Origin: Candidatus Electronema halotolerans | GTDB lineage: Bacteria > Desulfobacterota > Desulfobulbia > Desulfobulbales > Desulfobulbaceae | Reading direction: 5' to 3' | Length of the DNA stretch: 32,000 bases | Assembly: GCA_942493095.1 (NCBI GenBank) | Contig: OW818675.1 | Coordinates: 30,001-62,000, forward strand | Part shown: positions 1 to 9,505 of the stretch, in pieces | Layout of the letters: every line of letters begins with the position of its first letter | Position numbering within the stretch: the stretch's first letter is position 1 | Made by a program: the position numbers and the translations under genes | The notes under the pieces: generated by a model | What the model was told of the DNA's origin: nothing | The model's database searches: none | What the model saw: the letters and a program-made list of their open reading frames with translations, nothing else

Positions 1-1
1 C

Positions 2-313
2 ATGAGCATGGTGCCGGGCATCAGCAAGCTCAAGCAGCTCAAGGATGCGCCCCAGCCCAGCGAGAAGGAGCTGTTCAAGACTGAGGCCATCATCCTCTCC
101 ATGACGAAGAAGGAGCGGGCCAATTACAAAGTTATCAATGCCAGCCGCAGAATCCGCATTGCTGCCGGCTCCGGCACCACCGTGGCAGAGGTCAACCGGG
201 TGCTGAAAAGCTACACCATGATGCTCAAAATGATGAAAAAAATCAGTGGCAAAGCGGCAGTGGTCAAAGATGGCCAACGGCGTAAGCTGCCCAAAGGCCT
301 GCGTCGCCGCTGA
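2..313 (+). CDS. ffh: Signal recognition particle protein Ffh, C-terminal M domain (5' truncated by window)
   Basis: MVPGISKLKQ...TEAIILSMTKKER...INASRRIRIAAGSGTTVAEVNRVLKSYTMMLKMMKKISG is typical Ffh M-domain sequence; followed downstream by rpsP/rimM/trmD/rplS. Confidence 0.95.
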   Translation: MSMVPGISKLKQLKDAPQPSEKELFKTEAIILSMTKKERANYKVINASRRIRIAAGSGTTVAEVNRVLKSYTMMLKMMKKISGKAAVVKDGQRRKLPKGLRRR

Positions 314-403
314 AAAACTACAACTCAGGGAACTGTTGATACCGACAAATACTCTGAGCCTGTCAAAAGGTGGCCTTTTCTGCTCTATAACAGGAGAAAG
401 AAC

Positions 404-1858
404 ATGAAATCCATAAAACTGACAAAAAAAGCAAACGTATTGATAGCTATAGCATTTCTTTGCATCAGCTTGGATGGGAACCACGAGTTGTATGGTGAAA
501 ACATGTTGCTCATGATTCCGCCTATTTTGGCAAAGAAAAAGGCAGAGGGGCCGTTGAGCGGATATTGGTATTACACCCATAATGGGTATGAACTGAATAT
601 GTCTCAAAATGGAGATCAATTAACTGCAACTTATACAAATTTAAGCAGCGATGCGACGTTCAATATAGGCGACCAAGCATTTTACGGAACGTTGAAAGAT
701 AATAATATTACTGGAAAAATAAGAAGCAGATTTCCTATTGAAATTAAAGAGGTATGCCCAAATAATTGGGAGATATGGGCTGATGTCAATATGACTCTTT
801 CTGATGATCTTCATGACATTCAAGGGCAATATAAAACATATACAATATATTCATCAGATTGCCACGTAGAAGATGGAGATTGGCAGCCGATAAATGTTAC
901 AAGAACATTTACCCCTATTCTTAGTCCTGCAAAAGCTATTGAAGTAAAAATTACAGGAGAGCCATCTGCTGTGATTATTCGAACTAAAGATCAAAAAATT
1001 GGAGCAATACTTAATGGTGAGCAAGATTCATCAGGGAATTTAAAACAAGTAACTGATATCACATATTTCAATACTGAAAACAATAATATTAATGATGTTG
1101 TTCATCTTCATATTGATCCTATCGAAAAAACATTAAAATTTGTTTCTCCGGATGGAAAATTTGTTGTAATTGATAATTACAATCCTGTTTCAAAAACAGT
1201 AACCAAAAAAACTGGTGATATAGATACTGATGGGACAGAACATGTTACTTCAACGGAAGAAAACATTAAGGTTGATGATACATACAACGATATTGTAAAT
1301 CCTGATGATACAGTATCAAATATTTTTGAAGGTTTGAATAAAGTATGGAATGGCCTTCAATTATTAGGTAAAAAAATGTTTCCTCCATGGATTAGCTGGG
1401 TCTTTACAGTCAAACCAGATATATCTCAAGAAGACAGGTGCATAATTGACAATGTGTCTGGGCTTGTCAATCTACTTAATATGACTAAAAATATAACAGG
1501 ATGGATACACTCTATTTTTATCTTGAAAGAAACTCCTGTTTTGTCTTTCATCAAGACATTAGTTGAGAACGTTGAGAAATTATTTAGCTTTGGCCAAGAT
1601 GATGGCGCAGACAAAGTTTTTAAAACATGTGGAGCGGGTGTAGTATGTTGCTACCAACTTCAAGAGTTATGCAGAAAATATGGAGATGAAATTTACTCCA
1701 CACAATGCACTTGCACAATACTTACTTATGATGAAGTAAAAAAAATACAAATTATGCAAGAATGCGAGTCAATAGGAGGAGTGTCTGAATCTGTGGGCGA
1801 TTTTGTATGGTGCAAACAGTGGGATTTAGAGCCTCCATCCAAATGCGAAAATCCGTGA
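404..1858 (+). CDS. Hypothetical secreted protein with N-terminal signal-like segment and Cys-rich C-terminus
   Basis: 484-aa ORF with K-rich N-terminus then a hydrophobic stretch (VLIAIAFLCISL); Cys cluster near C-terminus (CGAGVVCCYQLQELC...CTCTI). AT-rich compared with neighbours. No family recognised. Confidence 0.75.
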   Translation: MKSIKLTKKANVLIAIAFLCISLDGNHELYGENMLLMIPPILAKKKAEGPLSGYWYYTHNGYELNMSQNGDQLTATYTNLSSDATFNIGDQAFYGTLKDNNITGKIRSRFPIEIKEVCPNNWEIWADVNMTLSDDLHDIQGQYKTYTIYSSDCHVEDGDWQPINVTRTFTPILSPAKAIEVKITGEPSAVIIRTKDQKIGAILNGEQDSSGNLKQVTDITYFNTENNNINDVVHLHIDPIEKTLKFVSPDGKFVVIDNYNPVSKTVTKKTGDIDTDGTEHVTSTEENIKVDDTYNDIVNPDDTVSNIFEGLNKVWNGLQLLGKKMFPPWISWVFTVKPDISQEDRCIIDNVSGLVNLLNMTKNITGWIHSIFILKETPVLSFIKTLVENVEKLFSFGQDDGADKVFKTCGAGVVCCYQLQELCRKYGDEIYSTQCTCTILTYDEVKKIQIMQECESIGGVSESVGDFVWCKQWDLEPPSKCENP

Positions 1859-1963
1859 CAGAATAATAATTACAGATAGTTGACAGGCGACAAGCCCTCC
1901 CTAATGGAGGACTATCCACTATATCATTACCGGAACATCTTATTCACAGGAGACAAGAAAAAA

Positions 1964-2227
1964 ATGGCAGTACGAATCCGCCTGACCAGAAAAGGCCGTA
2001 AAAAACATCCGTTCTACCGTATTGTGGTTGCAGATTCTCATTCCAGCCGCGACGGCAAATTTTTGGACATCGTCGGCACCTATGATCCCATGCAGGAGCC
2101 TGCCGCTGTCCGTTTGGATGAAAGCAAGCTGGCTGACTGGATGGGCAAGGGCGCGCTGCCTTCGCAGACCGTGCAGACCCTGATCGACCGGCAGCGGAAG
2201 ATGGCTGCCGCTGCGCCAGAGGCTTGA
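1964..2227 (+). CDS. rpsP: 30S ribosomal protein S16
   Basis: MAVRIRLTRKGRKKHPFYRIVVADSHSSRDGKFLDIVGTYDP signature; start trimmed to the ATG at 1964 inside ORF 1880..2227. Confidence 0.97.
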   Translation: MAVRIRLTRKGRKKHPFYRIVVADSHSSRDGKFLDIVGTYDPMQEPAAVRLDESKLADWMGKGALPSQTVQTLIDRQRKMAAAAPEA

Positions 2228-2237
2228 GCACAGTCTC

Positions 2238-2471
2238 ATGCAGGAACTGGTATCCTTTATCGCCGCCCGGCTGGTGGATGCGCCGGAGCACGTCGCCGTT
2301 TCAGAACGGGCAGGCGAGGACGGGGCAGTGACCGTGGAGCTGCGGGTGGCCAAGGACGACCTTGGCAAGATCATTGGCAAGCAGGGCCGCACGGCCCGCT
2401 CCATCCGCACCGTTTTAGCGGCGGCGGCGGAAAAGCAGGACAAACGCTGCCGTCTTGAGATTATTGAATGA
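2238..2471 (+). CDS. khpA: KH-domain RNA-binding protein (KhpA/YlqC family)
   Basis: 77 aa with VAKDDLGKIIGKQGRTARSIRTVLAAAA KH motif, between rpsP and rimM. Confidence 0.9.
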   Translation: MQELVSFIAARLVDAPEHVAVSERAGEDGAVTVELRVAKDDLGKIIGKQGRTARSIRTVLAAAAEKQDKRCRLEIIE

Positions 2472-3001
2472 GCCAGGCCGGGATTAAGGACTTAGTCCTG
2501 ATTGGCAGGGTCACAGGTGCTCATGCCCTCCGGGGCGAGGTGAAAATCCGTCCTTATTCCGGTGAGCCAGAAAACCTGCGTTCATATTCCTGTCTGCTCT
2601 TGGCCAAGGACGGCGATGCTGCGCCAGTGCCGCATAAAGTCATCCAAGTCAGGATACAGAAAGACTGCGCCTTGGTCCAGTTGGAAGACTGCCGCAGCCG
2701 CACTGAGGCCGAGCAGTTCGCTCGTGCGGCTGTTTATGTGGAGCGGGATGCGCTGCCAGAGCCGGAGGAGGATGAATTTTATCTGTATGATCTGACTGGC
2801 AGGCAGATGAAGACGGCAGAAGGCCAGCTCATCGGCACCATTGCCGGACTGCTTTTAGGCGGCAGCCAAGACATTGCTCAAGTAAAAAGCACAGACGGAC
2901 AAGAATACCTGATTCCCTTGGTGCCGGAATTCATCGTTGCTGTGGAAACTGAGGAAGTGATTGTCTCCTTGCCGCCTGGCCTGCTGGAGATTAACGCCTG
3001 A
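2468..3001 (+). CDS. rimM: Ribosome maturation factor RimM
   Basis: VLIGRVTGAHALRGEVKIRPYSG start and PRC-barrel-like C-terminus (EYLIPLVPEFIVAVE); 4-bp overlap with the KH gene and located next to trmD. Confidence 0.95.
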   Translation: MSQAGIKDLVLIGRVTGAHALRGEVKIRPYSGEPENLRSYSCLLLAKDGDAAPVPHKVIQVRIQKDCALVQLEDCRSRTEAEQFARAAVYVERDALPEPEEDEFYLYDLTGRQMKTAEGQLIGTIAGLLLGGSQDIAQVKSTDGQEYLIPLVPEFIVAVETEEVIVSLPPGLLEINA

Positions 3002-3007
3002 GCTGCT

Positions 3008-3769
3008 GTGCGTTTTGAGATTCTGACCATTTTTCCTGAGCTATTTGCCTCGCCTTTGCAAGAGGGCATCATCAGGCGGGCGGCGGAGGCGGGTCAGATT
3101 GAGGTCAGGCTGCACAATATTCGCGACTGGGCTGCGGACAAACATGCCATGACCGATGACCGCCCTTTTGGTGGCGGCGAGGGCATGGTCATGAAGCCGG
3201 AGCCGCTGGCAGCCTGTCTCTGTGATGTGCAGGCTGATGAGCCGGGCCGAGTAATTCTGCTTTCGCCCAGAGGCGCAGTCTATAAGCAGCAAACTGCGGA
3301 GCGGCTGGCTGGATTGAATAAATTAGTCTTGGTCTGCGGTCGCTACGAGGGCGTAGATGAGCGTTTCTGCCAATTGCATGTTGATGAGGAGCTGTCGCTT
3401 GGTGATTACATCCTCACTGGCGGCGAATTGGCGGCCTTAGTGATAATAGACTCCGTGACCAGACTCTTGCCAGGGGTGTTGGGCTGTGCTGACTCTGCGG
3501 CCAAGGACAGCTTCAGCCGCAGCCTGCTCAAGCATGGCCAATATACCAGACCGCGTGACTTTGCGGGCATGGCCGTGCCGGAAGTGCTTCTCAGCGGCGA
3601 TCATGCCCGGATTGAGGAATATCGCTTTTTGGAATCGGTGCGGCTGACCTTGGCGCGGCGGCCCGAACTGTTGCGGCAGGCATCGTTCTCGCCTGCTGAG
3701 GAAAAGCAGCTCAAACAAGCCGGACTTCATGGACAGGTGCAGCAGGCAAGAGCCGGGCATGACTGCTGA
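3008..3769 (+). CDS. trmD: tRNA (guanine-N1)-methyltransferase TrmD
   Basis: MRFEILTIFPELF, DDRPFGGGEGMVMKPEP, LVLVCGRYEGVDERF, LSLGDYILTGGELAALVIIDSVTRLLPG motifs; GTG start. Confidence 0.97.
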   Translation: MRFEILTIFPELFASPLQEGIIRRAAEAGQIEVRLHNIRDWAADKHAMTDDRPFGGGEGMVMKPEPLAACLCDVQADEPGRVILLSPRGAVYKQQTAERLAGLNKLVLVCGRYEGVDERFCQLHVDEELSLGDYILTGGELAALVIIDSVTRLLPGVLGCADSAAKDSFSRSLLKHGQYTRPRDFAGMAVPEVLLSGDHARIEEYRFLESVRLTLARRPELLRQASFSPAEEKQLKQAGLHGQVQQARAGHDC

Positions 3770-4346
3770 GTTCCGCTTTGATCTGGCCCTGATCCATCAT
3801 CCGGTGGTCAACCGGGTCGGCGAGATCATTGGCTCGGCTGTCACCAACCTTGATCTGCACGACATTGCCAGAGCAGGCAAGACCTTTGGAGTGCGGAATT
3901 ATTGGGTCGTGACTCCGTACCCGCTCCAGCAGGAGCTGGCGGACAGCATTGTCCGGCACTGGACCGACGGCTACGGCGGCAGGGTCAACACAGATCGGGC
4001 CAAGGCGTTGTCGCTGATCAGGATCAGCCCCAGCCTTGAAGCCGTGCTGGATGCAATGACCGACCAGGACGGCTGCCGACCTAAGATCGTTGCCACCAGC
4101 GCGGCAGCACAGGAGAAACGCATCAGCTATGCCGAACTGCGGCAGGAGATTGTTGCCCGGCACCAGCCGGTGCTGCTCCTGCTTGGCACAGCTTGGGGAC
4201 TGGCCCCAGAGGTCATGGAGCTGGCCGAGGCAGTCCTGCCACCGATCCAAGGGCCGGGGCCGTTCAATCATCTCTCGGTGCGGTCAGCAGCATCAATCAT
4301 CTTGGACCGGCTGCTGGGCCGACGAGAACCAGCTGATCAGCTTTAA
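3759..4346 (+). CDS. RNA methyltransferase, SPOUT-like (trmD-associated)
   Basis: FDLALIHHPVVNRVGEIIGSAVTNLDLHDIARAGKTFGVRNYWVVTP...LLLLGTAWGLAPEV...GPFNHLSVRSAASIILDRLLG; start overlaps trmD end. Confidence 0.85.
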   Translation: MTAEFRFDLALIHHPVVNRVGEIIGSAVTNLDLHDIARAGKTFGVRNYWVVTPYPLQQELADSIVRHWTDGYGGRVNTDRAKALSLIRISPSLEAVLDAMTDQDGCRPKIVATSAAAQEKRISYAELRQEIVARHQPVLLLLGTAWGLAPEVMELAEAVLPPIQGPGPFNHLSVRSAASIILDRLLGRREPADQL

Positions 4347-4424
4347 AAAACACAGTGTTGACGAATAATCAAGCAGGGATGGAAGTGGAGGCATCCTTCG
4401 GGCAACAACCCGTAAATACGAGCA

Positions 4425-4790
4425 ATGAACATTATTGACAGAATTGATCAAGAGCAGATGCGGTTCGACCATCCCGACTTCAGACCGGGCGACACGGTCA
4501 AGGTGCATATCCGCATCGTTGAAGGGGCTAAGGAGCGGGTGCAGATTTTCCAAGGCGTGGTCATCAAGCGGAAGCGGGGCATGATGAATGCTTCTTTCAC
4601 CGTGCGCAAGATTTCTCACGGCGGTGTGGGTGTGGAAAAAACCTTTGCCCTGCATTCGCCCCGGATTGACAAGGTTGAGGTGGTCACGCAAGGCCGGGTG
4701 CGCCGCTCCCGCCTTTACTATCTGCGCGATCTGCGGGGCAAAGCAGCCCGCATCAAGGAGCGGCAGCGGGCAATGCAGACCGCAGCCTGA
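4425..4790 (+). CDS. rplS: 50S ribosomal protein L19
   Basis: [32 protein letters not shown]...[31 protein letters not shown]...KAARIKE. Confidence 0.97.
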   Translation: MNIIDRIDQEQMRFDHPDFRPGDTVKVHIRIVEGAKERVQIFQGVVIKRKRGMMNASFTVRKISHGGVGVEKTFALHSPRIDKVEVVTQGRVRRSRLYYLRDLRGKAARIKERQRAMQTAA

Positions 4791-4823
4791 TTGCTGGACT
4801 GGCAAGCACGGTGCGGTGACAAG

Positions 4824-5525
4824 ATGCAAAGCGGCAGTCCAAGCACCGTGCTTCCTGATTTTCCCCTCCCGCCTGATGGCGGCACCTTTTTTTATGAGCA
4901 GTCGCTGCGGCGGCAGGGCTTATGCTCTCCTGCCGGGCTGGACGAAGCCGGGCGCGGCCCGCTGGCCGGGCCAGTGGTCGCAGGCTGCGTCAACCTTCCT
5001 GCCAATTGTGATTTTTCCCGCTACCAAGACTCCAAGAAGCTGACTGCCGCCCGCCGGGAACAGCTCCATGCGGAGCTGCGCGCTTCTGATGCGGTCATCG
5101 GGGTCGGCCTTGCCACTGCTGAAGAAATCGACCAGATCAACATCCTTCAAGCATCACTGTTAGCCATGCAGCGGGCTGTGGCTGACTGCGCCGTGCCGCC
5201 GGATTTTCTCCTTGTTGACGGCAAGTTCAAAGTCCCGCTGGCCCTGCCTCAGCTCACCTTGATTAAAGGCGAGTCAAAAAGTGCCTCCATTGCCGCCGCC
5301 TCGATTGTCGCCAAGGTGACACGTGATCAGCTCATGGCCGAATATCACGCTCAATATCCGCAGTACAATTTTCTCCAGCACAAAGGCTATCCCACCAAGG
5401 CCCACCGGGCCGCCCTTGCCAAGCACGGCCCCTCGCCCATCCATCGTAAGACCTTCAAGGGAGTGCGGGAAATTTGCCAGCTGCTTGCTCCAACTACTAT
5501 TCACTTGGATTCGCCGCAAAAATAG
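4824..5525 (+). CDS. rnhB: Ribonuclease HII
   Basis: AGLDEAGRGPLAGPVVAGCV, DSKKLTAARREQL, DGKFKVPL, SKSASIAAASIVAKVTRD, YPTKAHRAALAKHGPSPIHRKTF motifs. ATG at 4824 preferred over the TTG at 4791. Confidence 0.95.
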   Translation: MQSGSPSTVLPDFPLPPDGGTFFYEQSLRRQGLCSPAGLDEAGRGPLAGPVVAGCVNLPANCDFSRYQDSKKLTAARREQLHAELRASDAVIGVGLATAEEIDQINILQASLLAMQRAVADCAVPPDFLLVDGKFKVPLALPQLTLIKGESKSASIAAASIVAKVTRDQLMAEYHAQYPQYNFLQHKGYPTKAHRAALAKHGPSPIHRKTFKGVREICQLLAPTTIHLDSPQK

Positions 5526-6744
5526 TCAGCATCAGTTCCGCATCGTCAATCAGCTTGTACACAGGCCGTTTTCCTGAAAGTTTTTCGCTTTCAGACAGGA
5601 TGATCGGCACCCCTTCTCCCCGTTTGTCCATCAAAAAGCTGCGAGTACCAAGCGAATGCGAAGACGGCATGGGACAACGGGCAAGCAGGCTGGTCAGCAG
5701 TTCGTTGCGGGCCGACTGCCGGAGCGGAAGGCTTTCAACCGTCATGGTGTTGGGAATCGTGCCGGGTGAAAAAATTTCAAGGCGGTCAGCAAAGAGATGC
5801 AGCCGGATTTTCGAGCCTTGAATTGAGTAATCCCGGTGCGCCACGGCGTTGACCACAGCCTCAAAAACAGCTTGTATCGAATACTGCGGCATATCCTGCC
5901 GGGCCGGTGTCTTGACCGCATGAACCTGCATGTTCCGTTCAACAAAGCTGCATGCTTGCGCAATTTGTCTGTCTAACGGCCCGGTAATATCTTGCGCATC
6001 TGTCTGATAGGCCGCATTTCTTTCGCTGCCCCGATAGGCGACTGCCTGAATAAAGGCATTGACGATGAACTGATGCGGCTCTCTGCTTGCCATCAGAATG
6101 CCACTGACGCTTGGACAAGTTCCACCATCTTCATCTTGGGTGAGCAGCTTGAGTTTCCGCAGAAATTCCTCATCGCTGGCAGGGGACAAAGGCGTTTTGA
6201 ATTTTTTCCACAGGCTTTTGTCAAGGCAGTCTGGCGACGCTTTGCTGACCGCCTGCTCATCAAACCGAATTATTCTGCTTTGACTGCGCTGTTGAAACAG
6301 GCGGGCCAGAATATCTGGTGTCATCTGACGCTTCGAGCTGCCAATCCGGTGAAAGTATCCGCCAGGGCTTTGATGAACATAAAGACTTTTCGGAACATCA
6401 ATCCGTATGACAACGCGCTCGCTGCCGTCATCAGCAATAAGAGAGATTTTCCGAATCCGACAGAAGAGCGGCGGCGTGATCAGGTCATTGCAGATGTCTC
6501 GGAGCCATGTTTCGACGCTATCGAGCTTGTCCTCTGGAATACCGACGATGGATTTGAATGAATCGTCAACTCCCAGAACAACAACGCCGCTGGCGGCATT
6601 GGCCATTGCAGCCAGCTCATCCGCCATGCTGTTGCGATGCGGCTCGCTGACCTTTTTTCCTTTATAGCGCAGGTCTTTCAATTCAAGCGAGGAGTCCTCG
6701 CCCAGCCTGATCTGCCGCAGCAGTTCATCTGTGGTGTCAAACAT
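5497..6744 (-). CDS. AlbA_2 (Schlafen-type) domain protein with C-terminal HATPase_c_4-like region
   Basis: IRLGEDSSLELKDLRY...DELAAMANAASGVVVLGVDD (AlbA_2) and FEAVVNAVAHRDYSIQGSKIRLHLFADRLEIFSPGTIPNTMTVE (RecG-like/HATPase_c_4). Confidence 0.9.
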   Translation of the reverse strand: MFDTTDELLRQIRLGEDSSLELKDLRYKGKKVSEPHRNSMADELAAMANAASGVVVLGVDDSFKSIVGIPEDKLDSVETWLRDICNDLITPPLFCRIRKISLIADDGSERVVIRIDVPKSLYVHQSPGGYFHRIGSSKRQMTPDILARLFQQRSQSRIIRFDEQAVSKASPDCLDKSLWKKFKTPLSPASDEEFLRKLKLLTQDEDGGTCPSVSGILMASREPHQFIVNAFIQAVAYRGSERNAAYQTDAQDITGPLDRQIAQACSFVERNMQVHAVKTPARQDMPQYSIQAVFEAVVNAVAHRDYSIQGSKIRLHLFADRLEIFSPGTIPNTMTVESLPLRQSARNELLTSLLARCPMPSSHSLGTRSFLMDKRGEGVPIILSESEKLSGKRPVYKLIDDAELMLTIFAANPSE

Positions 6745-9505
6745 GGCTGCTCTCTATCCTCATCCGTTTCCAGCGATTTTCAAAGGCTTTCCTTCCCCCT
6801 TCCATGATGTCGCAAATTGCCTTGCGGATATCCGGCTCATCCATCCCGCCCCGATGGTCAATCTGCACCTGGCCTTTGATGAATTGCAGCACATGGACCA
6901 ACTCGGCATCGCCGTTGACGACAATATTTGGATTGTGCGTGACAATAACAAGTTGCCGCCGCTCTTTGTTTGTATGAATCTGCGTGACAATAAGTTCAGA
7001 AATCAGCGCATTGTCTAAATCATCTTCCGGCTGATCAATAATCAGCGGTTCATTGCCGTGACTGAGCAGAAAGGCTAATATCGCCGATGCCTTTTGACCG
7101 GCAGAACCTTTTTCCAAATTATCAAATTTTTTGTCTCTGGAGTACTGCACCCGCAGCAGGTCTTTCGGCCACCATGCGTCAAGCTGATCAAAGATAGTCG
7201 GCTGATTTTGCAACAGCTCTTTAAGTCTGTTGCAAAATTTTCCATGACATGAGGAATCGTTACCTTCAGCAATGGCGCGAGTTCTGTCTTTGATTTCCTG
7301 AACAAGCTGAGGCAGCTCAGATTCTTGATGAGTTTCCTGCCAGTTTCGCAGGCTGTGCAGAATGCCGCCGTTTTCGTCGAGCACAGAACTGTCATGATTG
7401 TTGACAATATTAAGCAACGTCCGATATTCTTCTTCCAAGCTGCCAACGTCACCGAACTGAACCAAGTTTATGCGAACATACTTGTTGTTTCCAATAACTT
7501 TCTTGATAAATTCTTTTCTCCGTTCAAGCAAGTCATTCAGCATGGCAAAAAGAGAATTCCATTTTTCCTCGGCCTGTCGTTCAACTTGCTCTTTTTCTTT
7601 TTTTATGGAAACTAATTGATCCAGCTTGCGCTGTAAACTGTTCTTTTCCTGTACCCATTTGCCGTAATCAGACAGACTGCTGTTCTTTGCTTCATACTCT
7701 TTTCGCAGTTCTTCAAATGCAGCCATGCTTTCCTGCACAGCCTGCTGCCACTTGCTGGCAGCAATGGCATCCTGCCGTCTCTTTTTTAAGGAATCAACCT
7801 GTTCCGCCAGTTTGCCGAGGGTTTCGGCGATTGTTCCCAGTTCTTGCGCGGCTTGCTCATGAATGTCCCGCAACTCCGCAGCGCCAGCGGCCTGCTCATC
7901 AAACAAGTGCGCCGGAAAATCAGACATCTCCGCGATTTCTGCAATCTTTTTGATACTGGAGGAAAGATCATCAAAAACTTGGCCGCCCGGCAAACCATTT
8001 TTCTGCTGAATGCACTTCTGGTACTGCTTTAAGATTGCGCCATGCCCTTTTTCCTCATACTGCCGCAGGTCGCTTGTAACATCTTTCAGTTTTGCAAGCA
8101 ACTGCGGTTCTTCAGCAAGCTGCCGATCAAAAGCTCTCTTTTGTTCTCGAAGCTGAAGAAAATCACTTTTCACCCTCTCCCATTCAGATTCCCATACTGA
8201 ATGGTTTACGTCAGGTGTTCTGTCTATAATATCAAGCAGCCCATCTGAATTTGCTGCCAGCTCCTCAATTTGTTTCTGACTGTAAATGCTGAGAGGAAAA
8301 CGCTCAGATAGATCGCCCGGCTCAGTTTCCTGCCAACCGTCGTCGTTCTGCTCTTCTAAAACTGCCCCTTGTCCCTTAAATTGCCAACGCAGGCGGAAAT
8401 TCTTGCCGCGCCGATGCAGTTTAAGAAGAATTTCGGTGTCTTCCAGCATGACACCTTTCTTAGCCTGTAGGTCCTTGAACGTTTCTAACTTCTTTTTGAT
8501 CTCTGACTTATTGTCAAAATTCTGATCTCGCTGCGCAGCAATGCGGATGGATTCAAGAACCGTTGATTTTCCCGTTCCTCTGCTGCCAATGATGGCGTTG
8601 AAATACGGATGCAATTCCATGACAAATGGTTTATCTTTAACTCTCCCGCAGTGGCTCATATTTTTGATGGTCAGTTTTGACAAAAACAGATCAGGCAGGC
8701 AGTTCGGGTCTTCAATTTTATCTTCTTTCACATAATGCTGATGATCATCCACCATCAAAGCCAGCCGCAGACCTTCTATGTTTGGCTTGCTCATCTTCAA
8801 CCAGCTGAAGTGCTTTCCTATCTCATCAGGTTTGTGCGCATCGGAGCCACCCAGTTTGGCAAGGCGGTCAACCGCCTTTTGCAGCTCAGGTGTTGCTTGA
8901 GCGAAAAATTTTTCATAATTGCAGAACTCTGCGGCAACAATTGACTGCAAACTTTTTTCCAGTTCTTGAGTCAGCGAGCTTGCATTTTCCAACAAACCTT
9001 TTGCTTTTGCGCCGTCAATATGAGCAGCAATGGCGATTCCGCCTGCTTCTTTGATTTTTTTTACAGTTTTACAGAAGCCAATATGTGTTGCTGTCTGCTC
9101 GTCGTCACCAAATCCAGAAGTGATTTCGCATGACCCTAAAACACTTGTGATTGTGTCGCTGCCGCAACTCGGATCAAAAACTGCCAGCAGATGAACTCGG
9201 CTTCTGTTCCCGCCAACGGTGATTTCAACGCCGGGGAAGATTGTCAATTTCTGGAACCATTCCGGCCTGTTTTCCTGCTCCTGAAGTTCCTTGTTCTTTG
9301 CTTTCAAACGATCAATCCAGCCGCCTGAATTGTGGTCACTCAGCACCACGCAGTCAAGGCCAGCTTCCATAGCCTTCTGAAGCCATGCTTCCGGTTCAAT
9401 ATTTTTGAGAAAAAGATTTTCTCGGCCATAATCTTTCGATGCTGGCGAATGGGTATGGAAATCAATCTTCCACCATCTGCTACCCGGAAAAGTCTCGCTG
9501 CTCAT
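6737..9505 (-). CDS. PHP-domain phosphoesterase fused to SMC/Rad50-like AAA ATPase (TrlF/Ppl-like)
   Basis: PHP metal-site motifs KIDFHTHS, LSDHN, GVEITV, IAAHID, GSDAHK; Walker A IIGSRGTGKST; coiled-coil-rich centre; ABC-type signature GKGSAGQKASA; Walker B PLIIDQPEDDLDN. Start at M7 of the ORF, or the ORF start at 9523. Confidence 0.88.
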   Translation of the reverse strand: MSSETFPGSRWWKIDFHTHSPASKDYGRENLFLKNIEPEAWLQKAMEAGLDCVVLSDHNSGGWIDRLKAKNKELQEQENRPEWFQKLTIFPGVEITVGGNRSRVHLLAVFDPSCGSDTITSVLGSCEITSGFGDDEQTATHIGFCKTVKKIKEAGGIAIAAHIDGAKAKGLLENASSLTQELEKSLQSIVAAEFCNYEKFFAQATPELQKAVDRLAKLGGSDAHKPDEIGKHFSWLKMSKPNIEGLRLALMVDDHQHYVKEDKIEDPNCLPDLFLSKLTIKNMSHCGRVKDKPFVMELHPYFNAIIGSRGTGKSTVLESIRIAAQRDQNFDNKSEIKKKLETFKDLQAKKGVMLEDTEILLKLHRRGKNFRLRWQFKGQGAVLEEQNDDGWQETEPGDLSERFPLSIYSQKQIEELAANSDGLLDIIDRTPDVNHSVWESEWERVKSDFLQLREQKRAFDRQLAEEPQLLAKLKDVTSDLRQYEEKGHGAILKQYQKCIQQKNGLPGGQVFDDLSSSIKKIAEIAEMSDFPAHLFDEQAAGAAELRDIHEQAAQELGTIAETLGKLAEQVDSLKKRRQDAIAASKWQQAVQESMAAFEELRKEYEAKNSSLSDYGKWVQEKNSLQRKLDQLVSIKKEKEQVERQAEEKWNSLFAMLNDLLERRKEFIKKVIGNNKYVRINLVQFGDVGSLEEEYRTLLNIVNNHDSSVLDENGGILHSLRNWQETHQESELPQLVQEIKDRTRAIAEGNDSSCHGKFCNRLKELLQNQPTIFDQLDAWWPKDLLRVQYSRDKKFDNLEKGSAGQKASAILAFLLSHGNEPLIIDQPEDDLDNALISELIVTQIHTNKERRQLVIVTHNPNIVVNGDAELVHVLQFIKGQVQIDHRGGMDEPDIRKAICDIMEGGRKAFENRWKRMRIESSHV

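Noticed and set aside
3711-4271. 186-aa minus-strand ORF
   Set aside because: Antisense to the trmD-linked RNA methyltransferase, which has better motif support.
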